From an uncultured cyanobacterium (GTDB taxonomy: Bacteria; Cyanobacteriota; Cyanobacteriia; PCC-9006; JAAUQQ01), in contig OY970368.1 of NCBI GenBank assembly GCA_963718615.1, positions 5,952,001 through 6,016,000 of the forward strand: a DNA stretch of 64,000 nucleotides. The letters run 5' to 3'. Both the position numbers and the translations under genes were made by a program. How positions within the stretch are numbered: position 1 is the first letter of the stretch; the number at the start of each line of letters is the position of its first letter. The notes under the pieces are model-generated. The model did no database searches. It was not told where the DNA came from and was given only the letters and a program-made list of their open reading frames with translations. Below, one piece after another: positions 1-12,696 of this stretch.

Positions 1-54
1 GATTCCCAACGAATACCCTGCTGAAAGTTTTACGACAATACCCACGAAAACACC

Positions 55-330
55 ATGTCACGCTCTCTCAAAAAAGGTCCTTTTGTTGCAGACCATCTGA
101 TGAGCAAAATCGAAAAGATGAATGCTCGCGGCGAGAAGCAGGTGATTAAAACCTGGTCTCGGGCTTCCACGATTTTGCCCAACATGATTGGTCATACCAT
201 CGCGGTCCATAACGGTCGGCAGCATGTGCCCGTCTATGTCACTGAGCAAATGGTCGGCCACAAGCTAGGCGAATTTGCTCCTACCCGCACCTTTCGCGGA
301 CACACCAAGGATAAGAAAGCAGGCCGCTAG
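55..330 (+). CDS. rpsS: 30S ribosomal protein S19
   Basis: [11 protein letters not shown]...[11 protein letters not shown] signature; position in S10 operon. Confidence 0.98.
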   Translation: MSRSLKKGPFVADHLMSKIEKMNARGEKQVIKTWSRASTILPNMIGHTIAVHNGRQHVPVYVTEQMVGHKLGEFAPTRTFRGHTKDKKAGR

Positions 331-406
331 GGCTTGTCTCTCTCCTGATTAAACCCATCCGCTGAGCAATATCAGCCGAGCAACATCAGCCGAGGAAATC
401 AGTTCA

Positions 407-766
407 ATGGCGATCGATACCACCACAGAAGCACGCTCTGTAGCCCGCTATATCCGGATGTCTCCGTCCAAGGTGCGCCGCGTGCTTGACCAGATCCGAG
501 GCCGTTCCTATCGGGAGGCCCTGATCGTTTTGGAATTTATGCCCTATCGGGCCTGCGAGCCGGTTCTCAAGGTGCTGCGTTCCGCTGTCGCAAATGCTGA
601 ACACAACATGGGTTTGGATCCGTCCACCCTGGTTGTGAGCCAAGCCTTTGCAGACCAAGGACCAGTCCTCAAGCGCTTCCGTCCTCGCGCGCAAGGGCGT
701 GCTTACCAGATTCGTAAGGGAACTTGCCACATTACTGTGGCGGTTGCACCCACTGCGGATGAGTAA
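407..766 (+). CDS. rplV: 50S ribosomal protein L22
   Basis: [10 protein letters not shown]...RPRAQGRA motifs; follows rpsS. Confidence 0.98.
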   Translation: MAIDTTTEARSVARYIRMSPSKVRRVLDQIRGRSYREALIVLEFMPYRACEPVLKVLRSAVANAEHNMGLDPSTLVVSQAFADQGPVLKRFRPRAQGRAYQIRKGTCHITVAVAPTADE

Positions 767-853
767 AGCATTTGAAGTTGCAAGCTGTGCCGGCGTGAAT
801 CATTAAACGCCCGTCATTTGTAGGAAAGCCAAGAGTTTTAGAGGAACGCGCTT

Positions 854-1591
854 GTGGGACAGAAAATACATCCAATTGGATTTCGATTAGGGATTACGCA
901 GGAGCACCGCTCCCGCTGGTTTGCGGATGCCAAACGCTATCCAGCACTGCTTCAGGAAGACCACCTGATTCGGCAATACATCAATAAGAATTTGGCCAAC
1001 GCCGGTTTAGCCGATATTCGCATTGAGCGCAAAGCAGACCAAATCGAGCTGGAAATTCGCACGGCTCGTCCGGGTGTGGTCGTCGGTCGTGGGGGCGCGG
1101 GCATTGAGAATCTGCGCCAGGGTCTGCAAAAGGAGCTTTCGAGCTATGGCGATCGCCAAATTCGCATCAACGTCGTTGAAGTAGAGCGGGTCGATGCCGA
1201 AGCGGCGCTAATCGCCGAATATATTGGCCAACAGCTAGAGCGTCGGGTTTCCTTCCGTCGCGTTGTCCGTCAGGCCATGCAGCGGGCTCAACGGGCTGGA
1301 GTCAAGGGGATCAAGGTTCAAGTCAGTGGTCGTCTCAACGGCGCTGAAATTGCTCGGACCGAATGGACCCGCGAAGGTCGCGTGCCGCTCCATACCCTGC
1401 GGGCAGATATTGATTACTGCTATCGCACGGCTCAGACCACCTACGGAATTCTCGGGATTAAAGTTTGGGTCTTTAAGGGCGAGGTCATTCCGGGCCAAGA
1501 CGATAAGCCATCGGCGACTCCCGCCCAACCCCGTCGTCGTGCGTCTCGCCGTCGCACCCAACAGTTTGAAGATCGTTCTAACGAAGGTTAA
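854..1591 (+). CDS. rpsC: 30S ribosomal protein S3
   Basis: [26 protein letters not shown]; GTG start. Confidence 0.98.
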   Translation: MGQKIHPIGFRLGITQEHRSRWFADAKRYPALLQEDHLIRQYINKNLANAGLADIRIERKADQIELEIRTARPGVVVGRGGAGIENLRQGLQKELSSYGDRQIRINVVEVERVDAEAALIAEYIGQQLERRVSFRRVVRQAMQRAQRAGVKGIKVQVSGRLNGAEIARTEWTREGRVPLHTLRADIDYCYRTAQTTYGILGIKVWVFKGEVIPGQDDKPSATPAQPRRRASRRRTQQFEDRSNEG

Positions 1592-1597
1592 GACGCC

Positions 1598-2023
1598 ATG
1601 CTCAGTCCAAGACGTACAAAATTCCGTAAGCAGCACCGAGGACGGATGCGAGGGGAGGCCAGTCGGGGCAATACCCTGGCCTTTGGAGATTATGCTCTTC
1701 AGGCCCTAGAACCCTCCTGGATTACCTCTCGCCAAATTGAAGCGGCTCGTCGAGCTATGACCCGCTACATCCGTCGGGGTGGAAAAATCTGGATCCGGAT
1801 CTTCCCCGATAAGCCTGTGACCATGCGTCCGGCTGAAACCCGGATGGGTTCTGGTAAAGGTAACCCGGAGTACTGGGTGGCTGTGGTCAAGCCCGGTCGG
1901 ATTATGTTTGAGCTGAATGGTGTGACTGAAGAAATCGCCCGCGAAGCGATGCGTTTGGCCGCCTTTAAGCTTCCCATCAAAACCAAGTTCGTTATGCGGG
2001 AGCAACAGGAGGAGCAACCCTAA
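1598..2023 (+). CDS. rplP: 50S ribosomal protein L16
   Basis: [23 protein letters not shown]. Confidence 0.98.
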   Translation: MLSPRRTKFRKQHRGRMRGEASRGNTLAFGDYALQALEPSWITSRQIEAARRAMTRYIRRGGKIWIRIFPDKPVTMRPAETRMGSGKGNPEYWVAVVKPGRIMFELNGVTEEIAREAMRLAAFKLPIKTKFVMREQQEEQP

Positions 2024-2241
2024 TGGCACTTCCCAAAATTGCTGAGGTTCGTGAACTCAACGACGAAGAATTGGCAGACCAGATTGTTGCGGTCAAACGT
2101 GAGTTGTTTGAATTGCGGTTTCAGTTGGCAACGCGCCAGCTTGCAGCCCCGCATTACTTCAAACATAAAAAGCACCGCCTGGCTCAGCTTCTGACCGTAG
2201 AACGCGAGCGTCAAAACAAGGCCGTGGCCCAAAATTCGTAG
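2023..2241 (+). CDS. rpmC: 50S ribosomal protein L29
   Basis: ELFELRFQLAT...RLAQLLTV; TAATG coupling to rplP. Confidence 0.97.
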   Translation: MALPKIAEVRELNDEELADQIVAVKRELFELRFQLATRQLAAPHYFKHKKHRLAQLLTVERERQNKAVAQNS

Positions 2242-2296
2242 TTCAACCCCCGTGGTTTGATCATCCAGGTTTTCAAGACGCTCGGAGAAAGTTTCG

Positions 2297-2542
2297 ATGG
2301 CAGTAAAAGAGAGAGTTGGACTTGTCGTTAGCGACAAGATGCAAAAAACTGTGGTGGTGGCGGTTGAAAACCGTGCTCCCCACCCTAAGTACGCAAAGAT
2401 TATGGTTCGTACCAAGCGCTATAAAGTGCATGACGAAGAGAACCAGTGCAAGGTGGGCGATCGCGTCCGCATCCGTGAAACGCGTCCCCTCAGCAAAACC
2501 AAGCGCTGGACCGTTGCCGAAGTTCTGACCAGTGCCACCTAG
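2297..2542 (+). CDS. rpsQ: 30S ribosomal protein S17
   Basis: [22 protein letters not shown]. Confidence 0.98.
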   Translation: MAVKERVGLVVSDKMQKTVVVAVENRAPHPKYAKIMVRTKRYKVHDEENQCKVGDRVRIRETRPLSKTKRWTVAEVLTSAT

Positions 2543-2563
2543 GGTATCCGGAGGAAAATCCCC

Positions 2564-2929
2564 ATGATTCAGCAGGAAACCTATCTCAATGTGGCGGATA
2601 ACAGCGGTGCCCGCAAACTGATGTGTATCCGTGTCCTCGGCAGCAACCGTCGCTATGCCGGGATCGGTGATGTCATTGTCGCTGTGGTAAAAGATGCGCT
2701 TCCAAACATGCCGGTGAAAAAATCCGACGTGGTCAAGGCAGTCGTGGTCCGCACGAAGAAAAGTCTGCGTCGCGAAAGCGGGATGAGCATTCGCTTTGAT
2801 GACAATGCCGCCGTCATTATCAATGATGCAGGCAATCCACGGGGAACCCGTGTGTTTGGCCCTGTCGCGCGGGAATTGCGCGATCGCAACTACATGAAAA
2901 TCGTCTCTCTGGCTCCGGAGGTGCTCTAA
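2564..2929 (+). CDS. rplN: 50S ribosomal protein L14
   Basis: [28 protein letters not shown]. Confidence 0.98.
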   Translation: MIQQETYLNVADNSGARKLMCIRVLGSNRRYAGIGDVIVAVVKDALPNMPVKKSDVVKAVVVRTKKSLRRESGMSIRFDDNAAVIINDAGNPRGTRVFGPVARELRDRNYMKIVSLAPEVL

Positions 2930-3280
2930 ATGGCCAAGCCATCCAAGAAATCCACCCATGCCCAGCACATGCATGTCAAAAAGGGTGATACGGTCCAAGT
3001 CATCACCGGAAAAGACAAAGGCAAAGTGGGGGAAGTCCTCCGCGTCCTCCCGAAGGAAAGCCGTGTGTTGGTAGCGGGTGTCAATATGCGGACCAAGCAC
3101 CTTAAGGCGAAAGCCGAAGGTGAGTCCGGGCAAATCGTCACCGAAGAAGCATCGATTCACAGCTCGAACGTCATGCTCTATTCCACCAAAGAAAAGGTGG
3201 CGAGTCGCGTTTGCTATACCTTCACTGAAGACGGTCGCAAGGTTCGCAAACTCAAAAAAACCGGTGAAGTCATCGACTAA
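2930..3280 (+). CDS. rplX: 50S ribosomal protein L24
   Basis: KOW motif [17 protein letters not shown]. Confidence 0.98.
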   Translation: MAKPSKKSTHAQHMHVKKGDTVQVITGKDKGKVGEVLRVLPKESRVLVAGVNMRTKHLKAKAEGESGQIVTEEASIHSSNVMLYSTKEKVASRVCYTFTEDGRKVRKLKKTGEVID

Positions 3281-3399
3281 TCATCGGCCCAAGCCCAACG
3301 ACCGCAGGAAGGACTGAATAAATTTCGCCTTCATCCCGGTCATCCGTTTACCCTTTCCGCTGACCTGACACAGACCAGGACAGCCCTACAGACAAGACC

Positions 3400-3948
3400 A
3401 TGGCACACAAACCGCTTAAAGAACGTTACTCATCAGAGATTGTTCCCAAGCTCATGGAGCAGTTTGGGTACACCAACATTCACCAAGTCCCCAAATTGGT
3501 CAAGGTGACCATTAACCGGGGTTTGGGGGATGCTGCGCAAAATGCAAAGGCACTGGAATCTTCCCAAACCGAAATTGCGACGATCACCGGCCAAAAACCG
3601 GTAGTCACTCGGGCCAAGAAGGCGATCGCCGGTTTCAAAATTCGCCAAGGCATGCCCATCGGCATCATGGTGACCCTGCGGCGCGATCGCATGTACGGCT
3701 TCCTCGATCGTCTTCTCAATCTCTCGCTTCCCCGGATTCGGGACTTTCGAGGAGTCAGCCCCCGCAGCTTCGATGGGCGCGGTAACTACACCCTCGGGGT
3801 ACGTGAGCAACTCATTTTCCCCGAAGTCAGCTACGACCAAATCGACCAGATTCGGGGTCTAGATATTTCCATCGTGACAACAGCACACACCGACGAAGAG
3901 GGACGCGCCCTGCTCAAAGAAATGGGCATGCCCTTCCGGGATAACTGA
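3400..3948 (+). CDS. rplE: 50S ribosomal protein L5
   Basis: [19 protein letters not shown]. Confidence 0.98.
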   Translation: MAHKPLKERYSSEIVPKLMEQFGYTNIHQVPKLVKVTINRGLGDAAQNAKALESSQTEIATITGQKPVVTRAKKAIAGFKIRQGMPIGIMVTLRRDRMYGFLDRLLNLSLPRIRDFRGVSPRSFDGRGNYTLGVREQLIFPEVSYDQIDQIRGLDISIVTTAHTDEEGRALLKEMGMPFRDN

Positions 3949-3972
3949 GGCAGTTCCAAGTAAGGAAAAACT

Positions 3973-4374
3973 ATGGCGGTTAACGATCCAATTGCAGATA
4001 TGCTGACGCGCATCCGGAACGCCAACCTGGCGCGCCACGATACGACGTCGATCCCCGCAAGCCGGATGATCCACAGCATCGCCCAGGTGCTGCAACAAGA
4101 AGGCTTCATTGGCGAGATTAAAGAAGAAGGTGAAGGCATCAAGCGCAGCATTGTGCTGTCGTTGAAATACAACGAAGCCACGCGTCAGCCAGTCATCAAG
4201 AAACTCAAGCGGATTAGCAAACCCGGTCTTCGCGTGTATGCCAACCGTCGGGAGTTGCCTCGGGTTCTGGGCGGTATTGGCGTTGCCATCATCTCCACCT
4301 CGCAAGGCATTATGACCGATCGCGAAGCGCGTCGTCAGGGTCTCGGTGGCGAAGTTCTTTGCTACGTCTGGTAA
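3973..4374 (+). CDS. rpsH: 30S ribosomal protein S8
   Basis: [22 protein letters not shown]. Confidence 0.98.
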   Translation: MAVNDPIADMLTRIRNANLARHDTTSIPASRMIHSIAQVLQQEGFIGEIKEEGEGIKRSIVLSLKYNEATRQPVIKKLKRISKPGLRVYANRRELPRVLGGIGVAIISTSQGIMTDREARRQGLGGEVLCYVW

Positions 4375-4461
4375 TCCATCTGGACCCACCCGTTGGAAGA
4401 GGTTCCGCCCGGACTTCCTCTGCCGACTCAGTTATTTAGCTGTTTTCTAGGAGCGATTGTC

Positions 4462-5001
4462 GTGTCTCGTATTGGTAAGCGTCCCATTCCAATTCCGGAT
4501 AAGGTGGCCATCACCATTCAAGGCAATCATGTGAGTGTTAAAGGGCCTAAGGGCGAGCTCGCTCGAGAGCTGCCTAACGGTGTAACCGTAGCCCAGGAAG
4601 ATAACACGATTGTCGTGAATCGGGTCGATGAATCCCGCCTTGCCCGTGAGCGCCATGGCCTATGCCGCACCCTTGTGGCCAACATGGTTGAAGGCGTCTC
4701 CCAAGGGTTTAGCCGTGACCTTGAAATCATCGGCGTTGGTTATCGGGCCCAAGTCCAGGGAAAAGACTTAATTCTCAACCTGGGCTACAGCAATCCCGTA
4801 ACCATCCAGCCCCCTGATGGCATTCAATTTGCGGTCGATAAAAACGTGCGCGTCACGGTTTCTGGCATTAGCAAAGAGCTCGTAGGAGACATTGCTGCCA
4901 AAGTTCGCTCCACGCGTCCGCCGGAGCCCTACAAAGGTAAAGGCGTTCGCTATGTGGGTGAAGTCGTGCGCCGTAAGGCTGGTAAGACAGGGAAGAAATA
5001 A
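4462..5001 (+). CDS. rplF: 50S ribosomal protein L6
   Basis: SRIGKRPI...PEPYKGKG; start moved to GTG 4462 behind AGGAG RBS. Confidence 0.97.
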   Translation: MSRIGKRPIPIPDKVAITIQGNHVSVKGPKGELARELPNGVTVAQEDNTIVVNRVDESRLARERHGLCRTLVANMVEGVSQGFSRDLEIIGVGYRAQVQGKDLILNLGYSNPVTIQPPDGIQFAVDKNVRVTVSGISKELVGDIAAKVRSTRPPEPYKGKGVRYVGEVVRRKAGKTGKK

Positions 5002-5004
5002 GCC

Positions 5005-5364
5005 ATGAAGTACACCCGTAAAGAATCAACCCAGCGTCGCCATCAGCGCATTCGTCGTCGGGTTTCTGGAACCTCTGAACGCCCCCGTTTGGCTGTGTTC
5101 CGCTCCAACAATCACATCTATGCTCAGGTGATTGATGACACAGCGCATCACACCTTGGTCTCCGCTTCAACTTTGGATCCTGATCTCAAAGCCGACGTAA
5201 CAGGCGGTAATTGCGATGCGTCGGTTAAGGTTGGAGAGTTGGTGGCCAAGCGCGCCCTGGATAAAGGCATCAAGCAGGTGGTGTTTGACCGAGGTGGCAA
5301 GCTCTATCACGGTCGAATCAAAGCCCTAGCAGATGCCGCCCGTGAAGCCGGTCTGGAGTTCTAA
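5005..5364 (+). CDS. rplR: 50S ribosomal protein L18
   Basis: [27 protein letters not shown]. Confidence 0.98.
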   Translation: MKYTRKESTQRRHQRIRRRVSGTSERPRLAVFRSNNHIYAQVIDDTAHHTLVSASTLDPDLKADVTGGNCDASVKVGELVAKRALDKGIKQVVFDRGGKLYHGRIKALADAAREAGLEF

Positions 5365-5380
5365 GGAGACAAGGAATCAG

Positions 5381-5932
5381 ATGACTAACAGTGGGAACAG
5401 CGGTGGCGGCAACAACAGCCGCCGCAAAGGCAATCGCAATCGCGAGAAAGAAACCGAGTGGGAAGAGCGGGTCGTTCAGATTCGCCGGGTCACCAAGGTG
5501 GTCAAAGGCGGTAAAAAACTGAGCTTCCGGGCGATCGTGGTCGTTGGCAATGGCAAAGGCCAAGTCGGCGTTGGCGTTGGCAAAGCTGCTGATGTGGTTG
5601 GTGCGGTCCGTAAGGGCGTCGCTGATGGCAAAAAGCACTTGGTCACTGTACCGCTCACCAAGAACAACTCGATCCCTCAGCCTTCGACCGGCATTAGTGG
5701 TGCAGCGAAGGTGATGACTCGCCCTGCTGCCCCTGGTACCGGTGTAATTGCAGGGGGGGCGGTGCGAACCGTACTAGAGCTATCGGGCGTTAAGAATATC
5801 TTGGCCAAGCAGTTGGGTTCTGACAACCAGCTCAACAATGCTCGGGCAACCATTGATGCCTTAGCCGGTCTACGGACCTTTAGCTCGGTTGCCAAAGAGC
5901 GGGGCGTTCCTCTGGAACAGCTCTACGGCTAA
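5381..5932 (+). CDS. rpsE: 30S ribosomal protein S5
   Basis: [21 protein letters not shown]; ATG 5381 after AAGGA. Confidence 0.97.
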   Translation: MTNSGNSGGGNNSRRKGNRNREKETEWEERVVQIRRVTKVVKGGKKLSFRAIVVVGNGKGQVGVGVGKAADVVGAVRKGVADGKKHLVTVPLTKNNSIPQPSTGISGAAKVMTRPAAPGTGVIAGGAVRTVLELSGVKNILAKQLGSDNQLNNARATIDALAGLRTFSSVAKERGVPLEQLYG

Positions 5933-5962
5933 AGCAGTTTCATTGCAAACAGGTGAAGCGAT

Positions 5963-6427
5963 ATGAGAATTGGAGACGTCGGACCCAAAGCGGGTTCCCA
6001 AAAACGTCGGACCCGCAAAGGTCGTGGTATTTCGGCGGGACAAGGCGCAAGCTGCGGCTTCGGGATGCGGGGTCAAAAGTCCCGTTCTGGTCGCCCCACT
6101 CGCCCTGGATTTGAAGGGGGGCAATTGCCTCTCTATCGTCGTCTGCCCAAGTTAAAGCACTTTACGGTCATTAACCGGAAGCAATACACTACGGTCAATG
6201 TCAGCAAATTAGCTAATTTGTCTGCCAACACCCAGGTGACCCTTGACTCCCTTATGGCCGTCGGCATTGTGACCACCAATGACGGACCACTCAAAGTTTT
6301 GGGCGATGGTGAGCTGAATGTGGCGCTAGAAGTCCATGCTGCGGCTTTTACGGCTTCTGCCAAGCAGAAGATCGAGGCAGCAGGGGGAAGCTATGTTCTG
6401 ACCACAGCGGCCCAACCTGAAGCCTAA
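5963..6427 (+). CDS. rplO: 50S ribosomal protein L15
   Basis: [15 protein letters not shown]. Confidence 0.98.
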   Translation: MRIGDVGPKAGSQKRRTRKGRGISAGQGASCGFGMRGQKSRSGRPTRPGFEGGQLPLYRRLPKLKHFTVINRKQYTTVNVSKLANLSANTQVTLDSLMAVGIVTTNDGPLKVLGDGELNVALEVHAAAFTASAKQKIEAAGGSYVLTTAAQPEA

Positions 6428-6534
6428 AGGACTAAATCCTAGGTTACCAACCTAAGTTTGAAGGTCTTAAATCAAACGTCTAAGCCGGAAATCTCAATTC
6501 AACTGTCAGCAAGTCAACCTACACTCAACCGCCT

Positions 6535-7851
6535 ATGGTTATCAGTCGAGGAAAAACGCCTTCCGCGCAAGAAACATTTATGCAAATGGCCCAGGCATCG
6601 GGTCTGCGCGGGCGTGTGTTAGTGACGATTGGCTTGCTGTTGCTAGCCCGTGTTGGCATTGCGATTCCGTTGCCTGGGATTAATCGCCCTGCCTTTTCTT
6701 CCGCTTTGCAAGATAACACTGGGTTAGGAGGCGTTCTAGGTTTTCTAGATATCTTCTCCGGCGGTGGCTTATCTGCTCTAGGGGTTTTTGCCCTAGGGAT
6801 TTTGCCCTTCATCAATGCTTCCATCATCATTCAACTGCTGACGGCGGCGTTGCCTTCTCTGGAAGATTTGCAGAAAAATGAAGGGGAAGCGGGTCGCCGG
6901 AAAATTTCGCAAATTACTCGCTATGTGGCGTTGGGCTGGGCGCTATTGCAAGGAACAGCAATTGGATTATGGGTCAATACGTTTGCCTATGATCCAGGTA
7001 CGTTTTTCATCTTTAAAACCGTTGTGGCGCTGGCAGCGGGCTCTATGTTTGTCATGTGGCTGGGCGAGTTGATTACTGAGCGCGGGATTGGCAATGGAGC
7101 GTCGCTGCTGATTTTTATCAACATCGTGGCGACGTTGCCTCGCTCCCTTGCTAATACGTTTCAACTTGCCCAATCGGATCAGAACGCGGTAGGCGGTATT
7201 GTGATTTTAGGACTTGTGTTCCTTATCACGATTGTCGGCATTGTGTTCGTCCAAGAGGGAACTCGACGCATTCCGATTGTCTCTGCTCGCCGTCAGGTGG
7301 GTAAGCGAATGTTTGCGGAGAAGAGCAGCTATCTACCCTTACGCCTCAATCAGGGTGGGGTCATGCCCATCATTTTTGCGTCAACGGTGTTGATTTTGCC
7401 CTCTTTCATTGCGAATGCTGCGCAGAATGAAACGGTTGCTAAAATCGTGAGCTATCTGCAGCCCAATGGACCTGCTCCCTGGATTTACGCGCTGTTCTAT
7501 CTGGTTTTAATTCTGTTCTTCAGCTACTTTTATGCCTCTCTCATCGTCAATCCGGTGGATATGGCCCAAAACTTGAAGAAGATGGGATCCAGTATTCCGG
7601 GTATTCGTCCTGGGCGAGCGACGAGTGAGTACATTAGCCGTGTGCTCAATCGCCTAACGTTGCTAGGAGCGATTTTTCTGGGTCTGGTTGCAATTGTACC
7701 GACGGCGGTAGAAGGAGCAACCCAGGTCAAAACCTTTCAAGGCTTTGGGGCAACGTCACTGCTGATTTTGGTGGGGGTTGCGATCGACACCTCTCGTCAG
7801 GTTCAGACCTATGTGATTTCCCAACGATACGAAGGGATGGTGAAGCAGTAG
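6535..7851 (+). CDS. secY: Preprotein translocase subunit SecY
   Basis: Multi-TM; [30 protein letters not shown]. Confidence 0.98.
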   Translation: MVISRGKTPSAQETFMQMAQASGLRGRVLVTIGLLLLARVGIAIPLPGINRPAFSSALQDNTGLGGVLGFLDIFSGGGLSALGVFALGILPFINASIIIQLLTAALPSLEDLQKNEGEAGRRKISQITRYVALGWALLQGTAIGLWVNTFAYDPGTFFIFKTVVALAAGSMFVMWLGELITERGIGNGASLLIFINIVATLPRSLANTFQLAQSDQNAVGGIVILGLVFLITIVGIVFVQEGTRRIPIVSARRQVGKRMFAEKSSYLPLRLNQGGVMPIIFASTVLILPSFIANAAQNETVAKIVSYLQPNGPAPWIYALFYLVLILFFSYFYASLIVNPVDMAQNLKKMGSSIPGIRPGRATSEYISRVLNRLTLLGAIFLGLVAIVPTAVEGATQVKTFQGFGATSLLILVGVAIDTSRQVQTYVISQRYEGMVKQ

Positions 7852-8402
7852 TGAAACGTCTAATTTTCCTAGGACCCCCTGGAGCGGGTAAAGGGACCCA
7901 GGCTGCGGTTGTGGCTCAGGAAGCAAACATTGCCCATATCTCGACGGGGGATATTCTCCGCGCCGCCGTGGCGAACCAGACGGATTTGGGCAAGAAAGCC
8001 GAGACCTATATGTCTCGGGGTGACCTGGTTCCAGATGACTTGGTGCTGGGTTTGGTGAAAGAGCGTCTAGAGCAGGCGGATGCTCAGGCTGGTTGGATTT
8101 TGGACGGTTTTCCCCGCAATGCGGTTCAGGCGGAAGCTTTGGATGTGTTGCTGGCTGGAATTCATCAAAGTCCGGATTCGGCGGTCAATTTTGACGTTCC
8201 GGATGAGGCGTTAGTCCAGCGCCTTCTCCAACGCGGTCGAAAGGATGACGAAGAGGCGGTGATTCGTCATCGACTTGTGGTCTACCGGGAACAAACAGCT
8301 CCGCTGATTGCTTTTTATCAGCAACGGGGCAAGTTGGTTTCTGTGAATGGGGATGCTTCAGTTGAAGAGGTCACGACTCATCTGCGATCGCTCCTGTCCT
8401 AA
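7851..8402 (+). CDS. adk: Adenylate kinase (short-LID type)
   Basis: [17 protein letters not shown]; GTG start overlaps secY stop. Confidence 0.97.
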   Translation: MKRLIFLGPPGAGKGTQAAVVAQEANIAHISTGDILRAAVANQTDLGKKAETYMSRGDLVPDDLVLGLVKERLEQADAQAGWILDGFPRNAVQAEALDVLLAGIHQSPDSAVNFDVPDEALVQRLLQRGRKDDEEAVIRHRLVVYREQTAPLIAFYQQRGKLVSVNGDASVEEVTTHLRSLLS

Positions 8403-8479
8403 GCTGGCTCCCGATTTCATCATCTTCGGACTACCCTGGAAGAGAATCTGTTGAGTTACTTGGAAGGAGTTCAAGCAGT

Positions 8480-8704
8480 TTGTCTAAACAAGATCTCATT
8501 GAAATGGAGGGGACCGTCACGGAATCATTGCCAAATGCAATGTTTCGGGTCGATCTCGACAATGGCTTTAACGTGTTGGCCCATATCTCAGGCAAGATCC
8601 GCCGCAATTACATCAAGATTTTGCCGGGCGATCGCGTCAAGGTCGAACTCACACCCTACGACCTCAGTAAAGGTCGGATTACTTACCGCTTGCGTAAGAA
8701 ATAA
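8480..8704 (+). CDS. infA: Translation initiation factor IF-1
   Basis: LPNAMFRV...AHISGKIR...GRITYR; TTG start after AAGGAG. Confidence 0.97.
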   Translation: MSKQDLIEMEGTVTESLPNAMFRVDLDNGFNVLAHISGKIRRNYIKILPGDRVKVELTPYDLSKGRITYRLRKK

Positions 8705-8818
8705 TCCAACCGCTCTTCTGGCGCTTAAGGATGTGGTTTTGAGTGTTCGCACTCATTACAGATCTGCGCGCCCATTCTGTTGTAAACTACTAGTTTTGTA
8801 AGGATTGCCAAGGCAGTC

Positions 8819-8935
8819 ATGAAAGTTAGACCTTCAGTACGGAAAATGTGTGATAAGTGCCGCGTCATTCGTCGACGGGGCCGCGTCATGGTGATTTGTG
8901 CGGTGAACCCCAAGCACAAGCAGCGGCAAGGTTAG
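8819..8935 (+). CDS. rpmJ: 50S ribosomal protein L36 (38 aa, below ORF-track cutoff)
   Basis: Manual translation [38 protein letters not shown]. Confidence 0.97.
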   Translation: MKVRPSVRKMCDKCRVIRRRGRVMVICAVNPKHKQRQG

Positions 8936-8995
8936 ACCTTGCAAGCGCCACGATGTTAGATTAGGGGATTTTTCAAGCCAGAGGGAGAAAAGAAG

Positions 8996-9376
8996 GTGGC
9001 TCGGATTGCAGGAGTAGATTTGCCGCGAGATAAGCGGATTGAAATTGGGTTGACCTATATCTATGGGGTTGGCCTGAGTCGCTCTCACGAAATATTAGCT
9101 AAGACAGGCGTCAACCCCGATACGCGGGTTCGCGATCTGTCCGACGCAGATGTCGCGGCACTGCGTGAAGCCGTTGAAAATGGTTACCAGATCGAAGGTG
9201 ACCTGCGGCGCTGGGAAGCGATGAACATCAAGCGCTTGATGGATATCGGAACCTATCGGGGTCGTCGCCATCGTGCGGGCTTGCCCTTGCGAGGCCAGCG
9301 GACACGGACCAATGCTCGGACTCGTCGAGGTTCGAAGCGGACTGTGGCCGGTAAGAAAAAGGCTCCGAAGAAGTAA
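8996..9376 (+). CDS. rpsM: 30S ribosomal protein S13
   Basis: [21 protein letters not shown]. Confidence 0.98.
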   Translation: MARIAGVDLPRDKRIEIGLTYIYGVGLSRSHEILAKTGVNPDTRVRDLSDADVAALREAVENGYQIEGDLRRWEAMNIKRLMDIGTYRGRRHRAGLPLRGQRTRTNARTRRGSKRTVAGKKKAPKK

Positions 9377-9518
9377 AAATTTTTTGTGCTTGTCTTTTGT
9401 GCGGGTCTGAGGGTGACGGTTGTAGTTCTTCCAATGGCCCAAAATCTAGCTCCGATATCGATCTGGCGGCAAGTGCAGAGCAACTGTTTAACTCGACACC
9501 TTTAGCTTGGGAAGTTCT

Positions 9519-9911
9519 ATGGCGCGACCAACTCGAAAAACTGGAAGTAAAAAGCAAAAACGCAACGTTCCCAATGGCGTTGCTCACATTCGTTCAACCT
9601 TTAATAACACCATTATTTCAATCACAGATCCTGTGGGTGAAGTTGTGTCCTGGGCATCCGCTGGCTCCAGTGGATTTAAAGGTGCAAAGAAGGGGACTCC
9701 CTTTGCCGCGCAAACCGCAGCGGAAAGCGCTGGACGCAAAGCCATGGACCAAGGCATGCGCCAAATTGAAGTGATGGTTAGCGGTCCGGGTTCGGGTCGG
9801 GAAACAGCAATTCGGGCGTTACAGGGCTCTGGCTTGGAGATTACACTCATTCGAGATGTGACCCCAATTCCTCACAATGGCTGTCGTCCTCCCAAGCGTC
9901 GTCGCGTTTAA
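9519..9911 (+). CDS. rpsK: 30S ribosomal protein S11
   Basis: [25 protein letters not shown]. Confidence 0.98.
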   Translation: MARPTRKTGSKKQKRNVPNGVAHIRSTFNNTIISITDPVGEVVSWASAGSSGFKGAKKGTPFAAQTAAESAGRKAMDQGMRQIEVMVSGPGSGRETAIRALQGSGLEITLIRDVTPIPHNGCRPPKRRRV

Positions 9912-9960
9912 ACCATGGGACGCTGTTGACTAAGCCGAGAAGCAAGAGGGAGGGAAGCCT

Positions 9961-10893
9961 GTGGCATTTCAAGTTGAATGCATTGAGACCACGATTGAAA
10001 AAGACCAGAGCCAATACAGTAAGTTTGTCATTGAGCCGCTAGGTCGGGGGCAAGGAACAACGGTCGGTAATGCGCTGCGCCGAGTGCTGCTGTCCAATTT
10101 GGGTGGAGCGGCGATGACGGCAGTGCGAATTTCTGGCGTTAGCCATGAGTTTGCCACGATTCCGGGCGTTCGAGAGGACGTTTTGGATATTTTGCTGAAC
10201 GTCAAACAGATTGTTCTGCGCTCCCATTCTGCCCAGCCCCAGATTGGTCGTCTGCATGTCCAGGGGCCTGCGATGGTCACCGCAGGACATATTGACTTCA
10301 ATCCGGATGTTGAGGTGATTAACCCGAACCAATACATCGCGACGATCGCGGCAGGATCGACGCTAGAAATGGAGTTTCGGGTTGAGCAGGGTGAAGGCTA
10401 TCGCACGTTTGAGCGGAGTCAAGAGGATGCCACTGCGGTGGACTTTCTGCAAATTGATGCCGTGTTTATGCCGGTGCGGAAGGTGAACTATACCGTTGAG
10501 GCAACGCGATCGCCCGAGAATCTAGAGCAGGATCGTCTGCAAATCGAAATTTGGTCGAATGGCAGCATCACTCCTCAGGAGGCGTTGAGCCAAGCGGCCA
10601 GCATGCTGGTGGATCTCTTTAACCCGCTACGGGAAATCAACTTTGATTCTCCTGGAGAAGAAGAGACTATCGAGCGCCCCGAGAATCAGGTTCCCATCGA
10701 AGAGCTACAGCTCTCGGTACGGGCCTACAACTGTCTCAAGCGAGCCCAGATCAACTCCGTTGCCGATCTCCTGGACTATTCCCAGGAAGATTTGCTGGAG
10801 ATCAAAAACTTTGGGCAAAAGTCAGCGGAAGAAGTGGTCGAGGCGCTCCAGCAGCACCTTGGCATTACGCTGCCCCAGTCCAAGCACGGTTAA
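9961..10893 (+). CDS. rpoA: RNA polymerase alpha subunit
   Basis: GTTVGNALRRVLL; alpha-CTD LSVRAYNCLKRA, KNFGQKS. Confidence 0.98.
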   Translation: MAFQVECIETTIEKDQSQYSKFVIEPLGRGQGTTVGNALRRVLLSNLGGAAMTAVRISGVSHEFATIPGVREDVLDILLNVKQIVLRSHSAQPQIGRLHVQGPAMVTAGHIDFNPDVEVINPNQYIATIAAGSTLEMEFRVEQGEGYRTFERSQEDATAVDFLQIDAVFMPVRKVNYTVEATRSPENLEQDRLQIEIWSNGSITPQEALSQAASMLVDLFNPLREINFDSPGEEETIERPENQVPIEELQLSVRAYNCLKRAQINSVADLLDYSQEDLLEIKNFGQKSAEEVVEALQQHLGITLPQSKHG

Positions 10894-10914
10894 TTCCAGA
10901 AACAGTAGAACATC

Positions 10915-11265
10915 ATGCGTCATCGTTGTCGTGTCCCTCAGCTCGGTCGGCCTGCTGACCAGCGTAAGGCTCTTCTGCGTTCGCTCACCACTGAGCTGCT
11001 GCGCAACGGCCAAATCAAAACCACCAAGGCTCGTGCCAAAGCGGTGCGTTCCGAAGTGGAAGGCATTATTACGCTTGCCAAGGATGGTAGCCTGGCGGCT
11101 CGCCGTCGTGCCTTGGGCTATATCTATGACAAGAGCCTAGTCCATGCCATTTTTGAGCAGGCTCAGACACGCTATGGTGAGCGCAACGGCGGTTATACCC
11201 GCATTTTGCGCACCATTCGTCGTCGGGGTGACAACTCAGACATGGCCATCATTGAGTTGGTTTAG
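10915..11265 (+). CDS. rplQ: 50S ribosomal protein L17
   Basis: MRHR..., GGYTRI, RRGDN. Confidence 0.98.
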   Translation: MRHRCRVPQLGRPADQRKALLRSLTTELLRNGQIKTTKARAKAVRSEVEGIITLAKDGSLAARRRALGYIYDKSLVHAIFEQAQTRYGERNGGYTRILRTIRRRGDNSDMAIIELV

Positions 11266-11294
11266 ACGGCTGTAGGGCCAGTCCTGGTTTTTCC

Positions 11295-12188
11295 ATGGTG
11301 ATGTCTTCTGCATCCAGTCTTCGCTTTCCGATTCCTGCGGTTGACCCAACGGTTCGGCGCATTGCCCTTGTGCTTCAGTATCAAGGCGATCGCTTCTACG
11401 GTTGGCAACGGCAACCCCAGGGTCGAACAGTACAGGCTGAACTGGAGGAGGCGATCGCAACCCTGGTCGATCATCCTGTTCGGATCCATGCTGCCGGACG
11501 AACCGATAGCGGCGTTCACGCCGCTGCCCAGGTGGTTCACTTTGACACCACCAGTCCGATTCCGGCCCATCGCTGGATGGCGGCCCTCAATAGTCGTCTT
11601 CCAAGCGATATGATTGTGAGGGCTTCTGCAGCGGTACCCCAAGATTGGCACGCCCGATTTTCCGCCCTTTGGCGACGGTATCGCTACACGCTCTACACTG
11701 ACCACCGACCCAACCTTTTTCTTCGCCCGTTTGTTTGGCACTACTACCGAGCCCCCCTCGACGAACGCAAGATGTTGGCTGCACTGACCCCGCTGTTGGG
11801 CAGACATCATCTTTCCGCCTTCGAGCGATCGCGCTCCGGTCGGCCCCATTCCTGGGTAGATGTCCAAGATATCCTGTGCCAGCGGCGGGGTCCGTTCATC
11901 GAGATTGAGGTTCAAGCCAGCGGTTTTCTCTACGGCATGATTCGTTTGCTCGTAGGAATGCTGGTCCAGGTGGGTGAGGGTTCTCGGACCGTCGAACGCT
12001 TTACAGAAATCTGGCAAACCGAACGCCGGGATCTTGTAAAGCACTCAGCGCCAGCCCAAGGACTCTGTCTATTGCGGGTTGGCTATCCCGAGCCACCGTT
12101 TCCGCTGGAGGCATGGTACGACAATCAGCCCCGGTTTTGGTTAACCGAATTGCCTGATTTAAGTGCCGCCCCATGTCCCCCCAGCTAA
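11295..12188 (+). CDS. truA: tRNA pseudouridine(38-40) synthase
   Basis: [10 protein letters not shown] catalytic motif, GFLYGMIR. Confidence 0.96.
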   Translation: MVMSSASSLRFPIPAVDPTVRRIALVLQYQGDRFYGWQRQPQGRTVQAELEEAIATLVDHPVRIHAAGRTDSGVHAAAQVVHFDTTSPIPAHRWMAALNSRLPSDMIVRASAAVPQDWHARFSALWRRYRYTLYTDHRPNLFLRPFVWHYYRAPLDERKMLAALTPLLGRHHLSAFERSRSGRPHSWVDVQDILCQRRGPFIEIEVQASGFLYGMIRLLVGMLVQVGEGSRTVERFTEIWQTERRDLVKHSAPAQGLCLLRVGYPEPPFPLEAWYDNQPRFWLTELPDLSAAPCPPS

Positions 12189-12240
12189 ACCTTGGCCGTT
12201 TTGTAACCGTTTTTCGATCGCATGCTTGAGTAAAGACGTC

Positions 12241-12693
12241 ATGAACAAAACCTATCTCCCTCCCCAATCTGCAATTGAACGGAAATGGTACGTCGTTGAT
12301 GCGGCGGACCAGCGCCTAGGCCGTCTCTCCACGGAGATTGCGGCGACCCTGCGCGGCAAGAAAAAGCCCATTTTTACGCCCCACTTGGATACCGGTGACT
12401 TCGTGGTGGTGATTAATGCCGAAAAAGTGACGGTAACCGGCAATAAGGGTCAGCAAAAACTCTATCGTCGTCACTCCGGTCGTCCCGGCGGCATGAAAAC
12501 CGAAACTTTTGACAAGCTCCAAGCTCGCATTCCCGAGCGCATTATTGAGCAAGCCGTCAAAGGGATGCTGCCCAAGAATACCCTAGGGCGTCAGCTCTTT
12601 CGGAAGCTCAAAGTCTATGCTGGACCTGAGCATCCCCACGCCGCTCAGAATCCCGAACCCTTAGTCATCAATACGATTCCAGGAGAACGCTAA
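12241..12693 (+). CDS. rplM: 50S ribosomal protein L13
   Basis: WYVVDA...[15 protein letters not shown]; start at MNKT. Confidence 0.97.
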   Translation: MNKTYLPPQSAIERKWYVVDAADQRLGRLSTEIAATLRGKKKPIFTPHLDTGDFVVVINAEKVTVTGNKGQQKLYRRHSGRPGGMKTETFDKLQARIPERIIEQAVKGMLPKNTLGRQLFRKLKVYAGPEHPHAAQNPEPLVINTIPGER

Positions 12694-12696
12694 ATC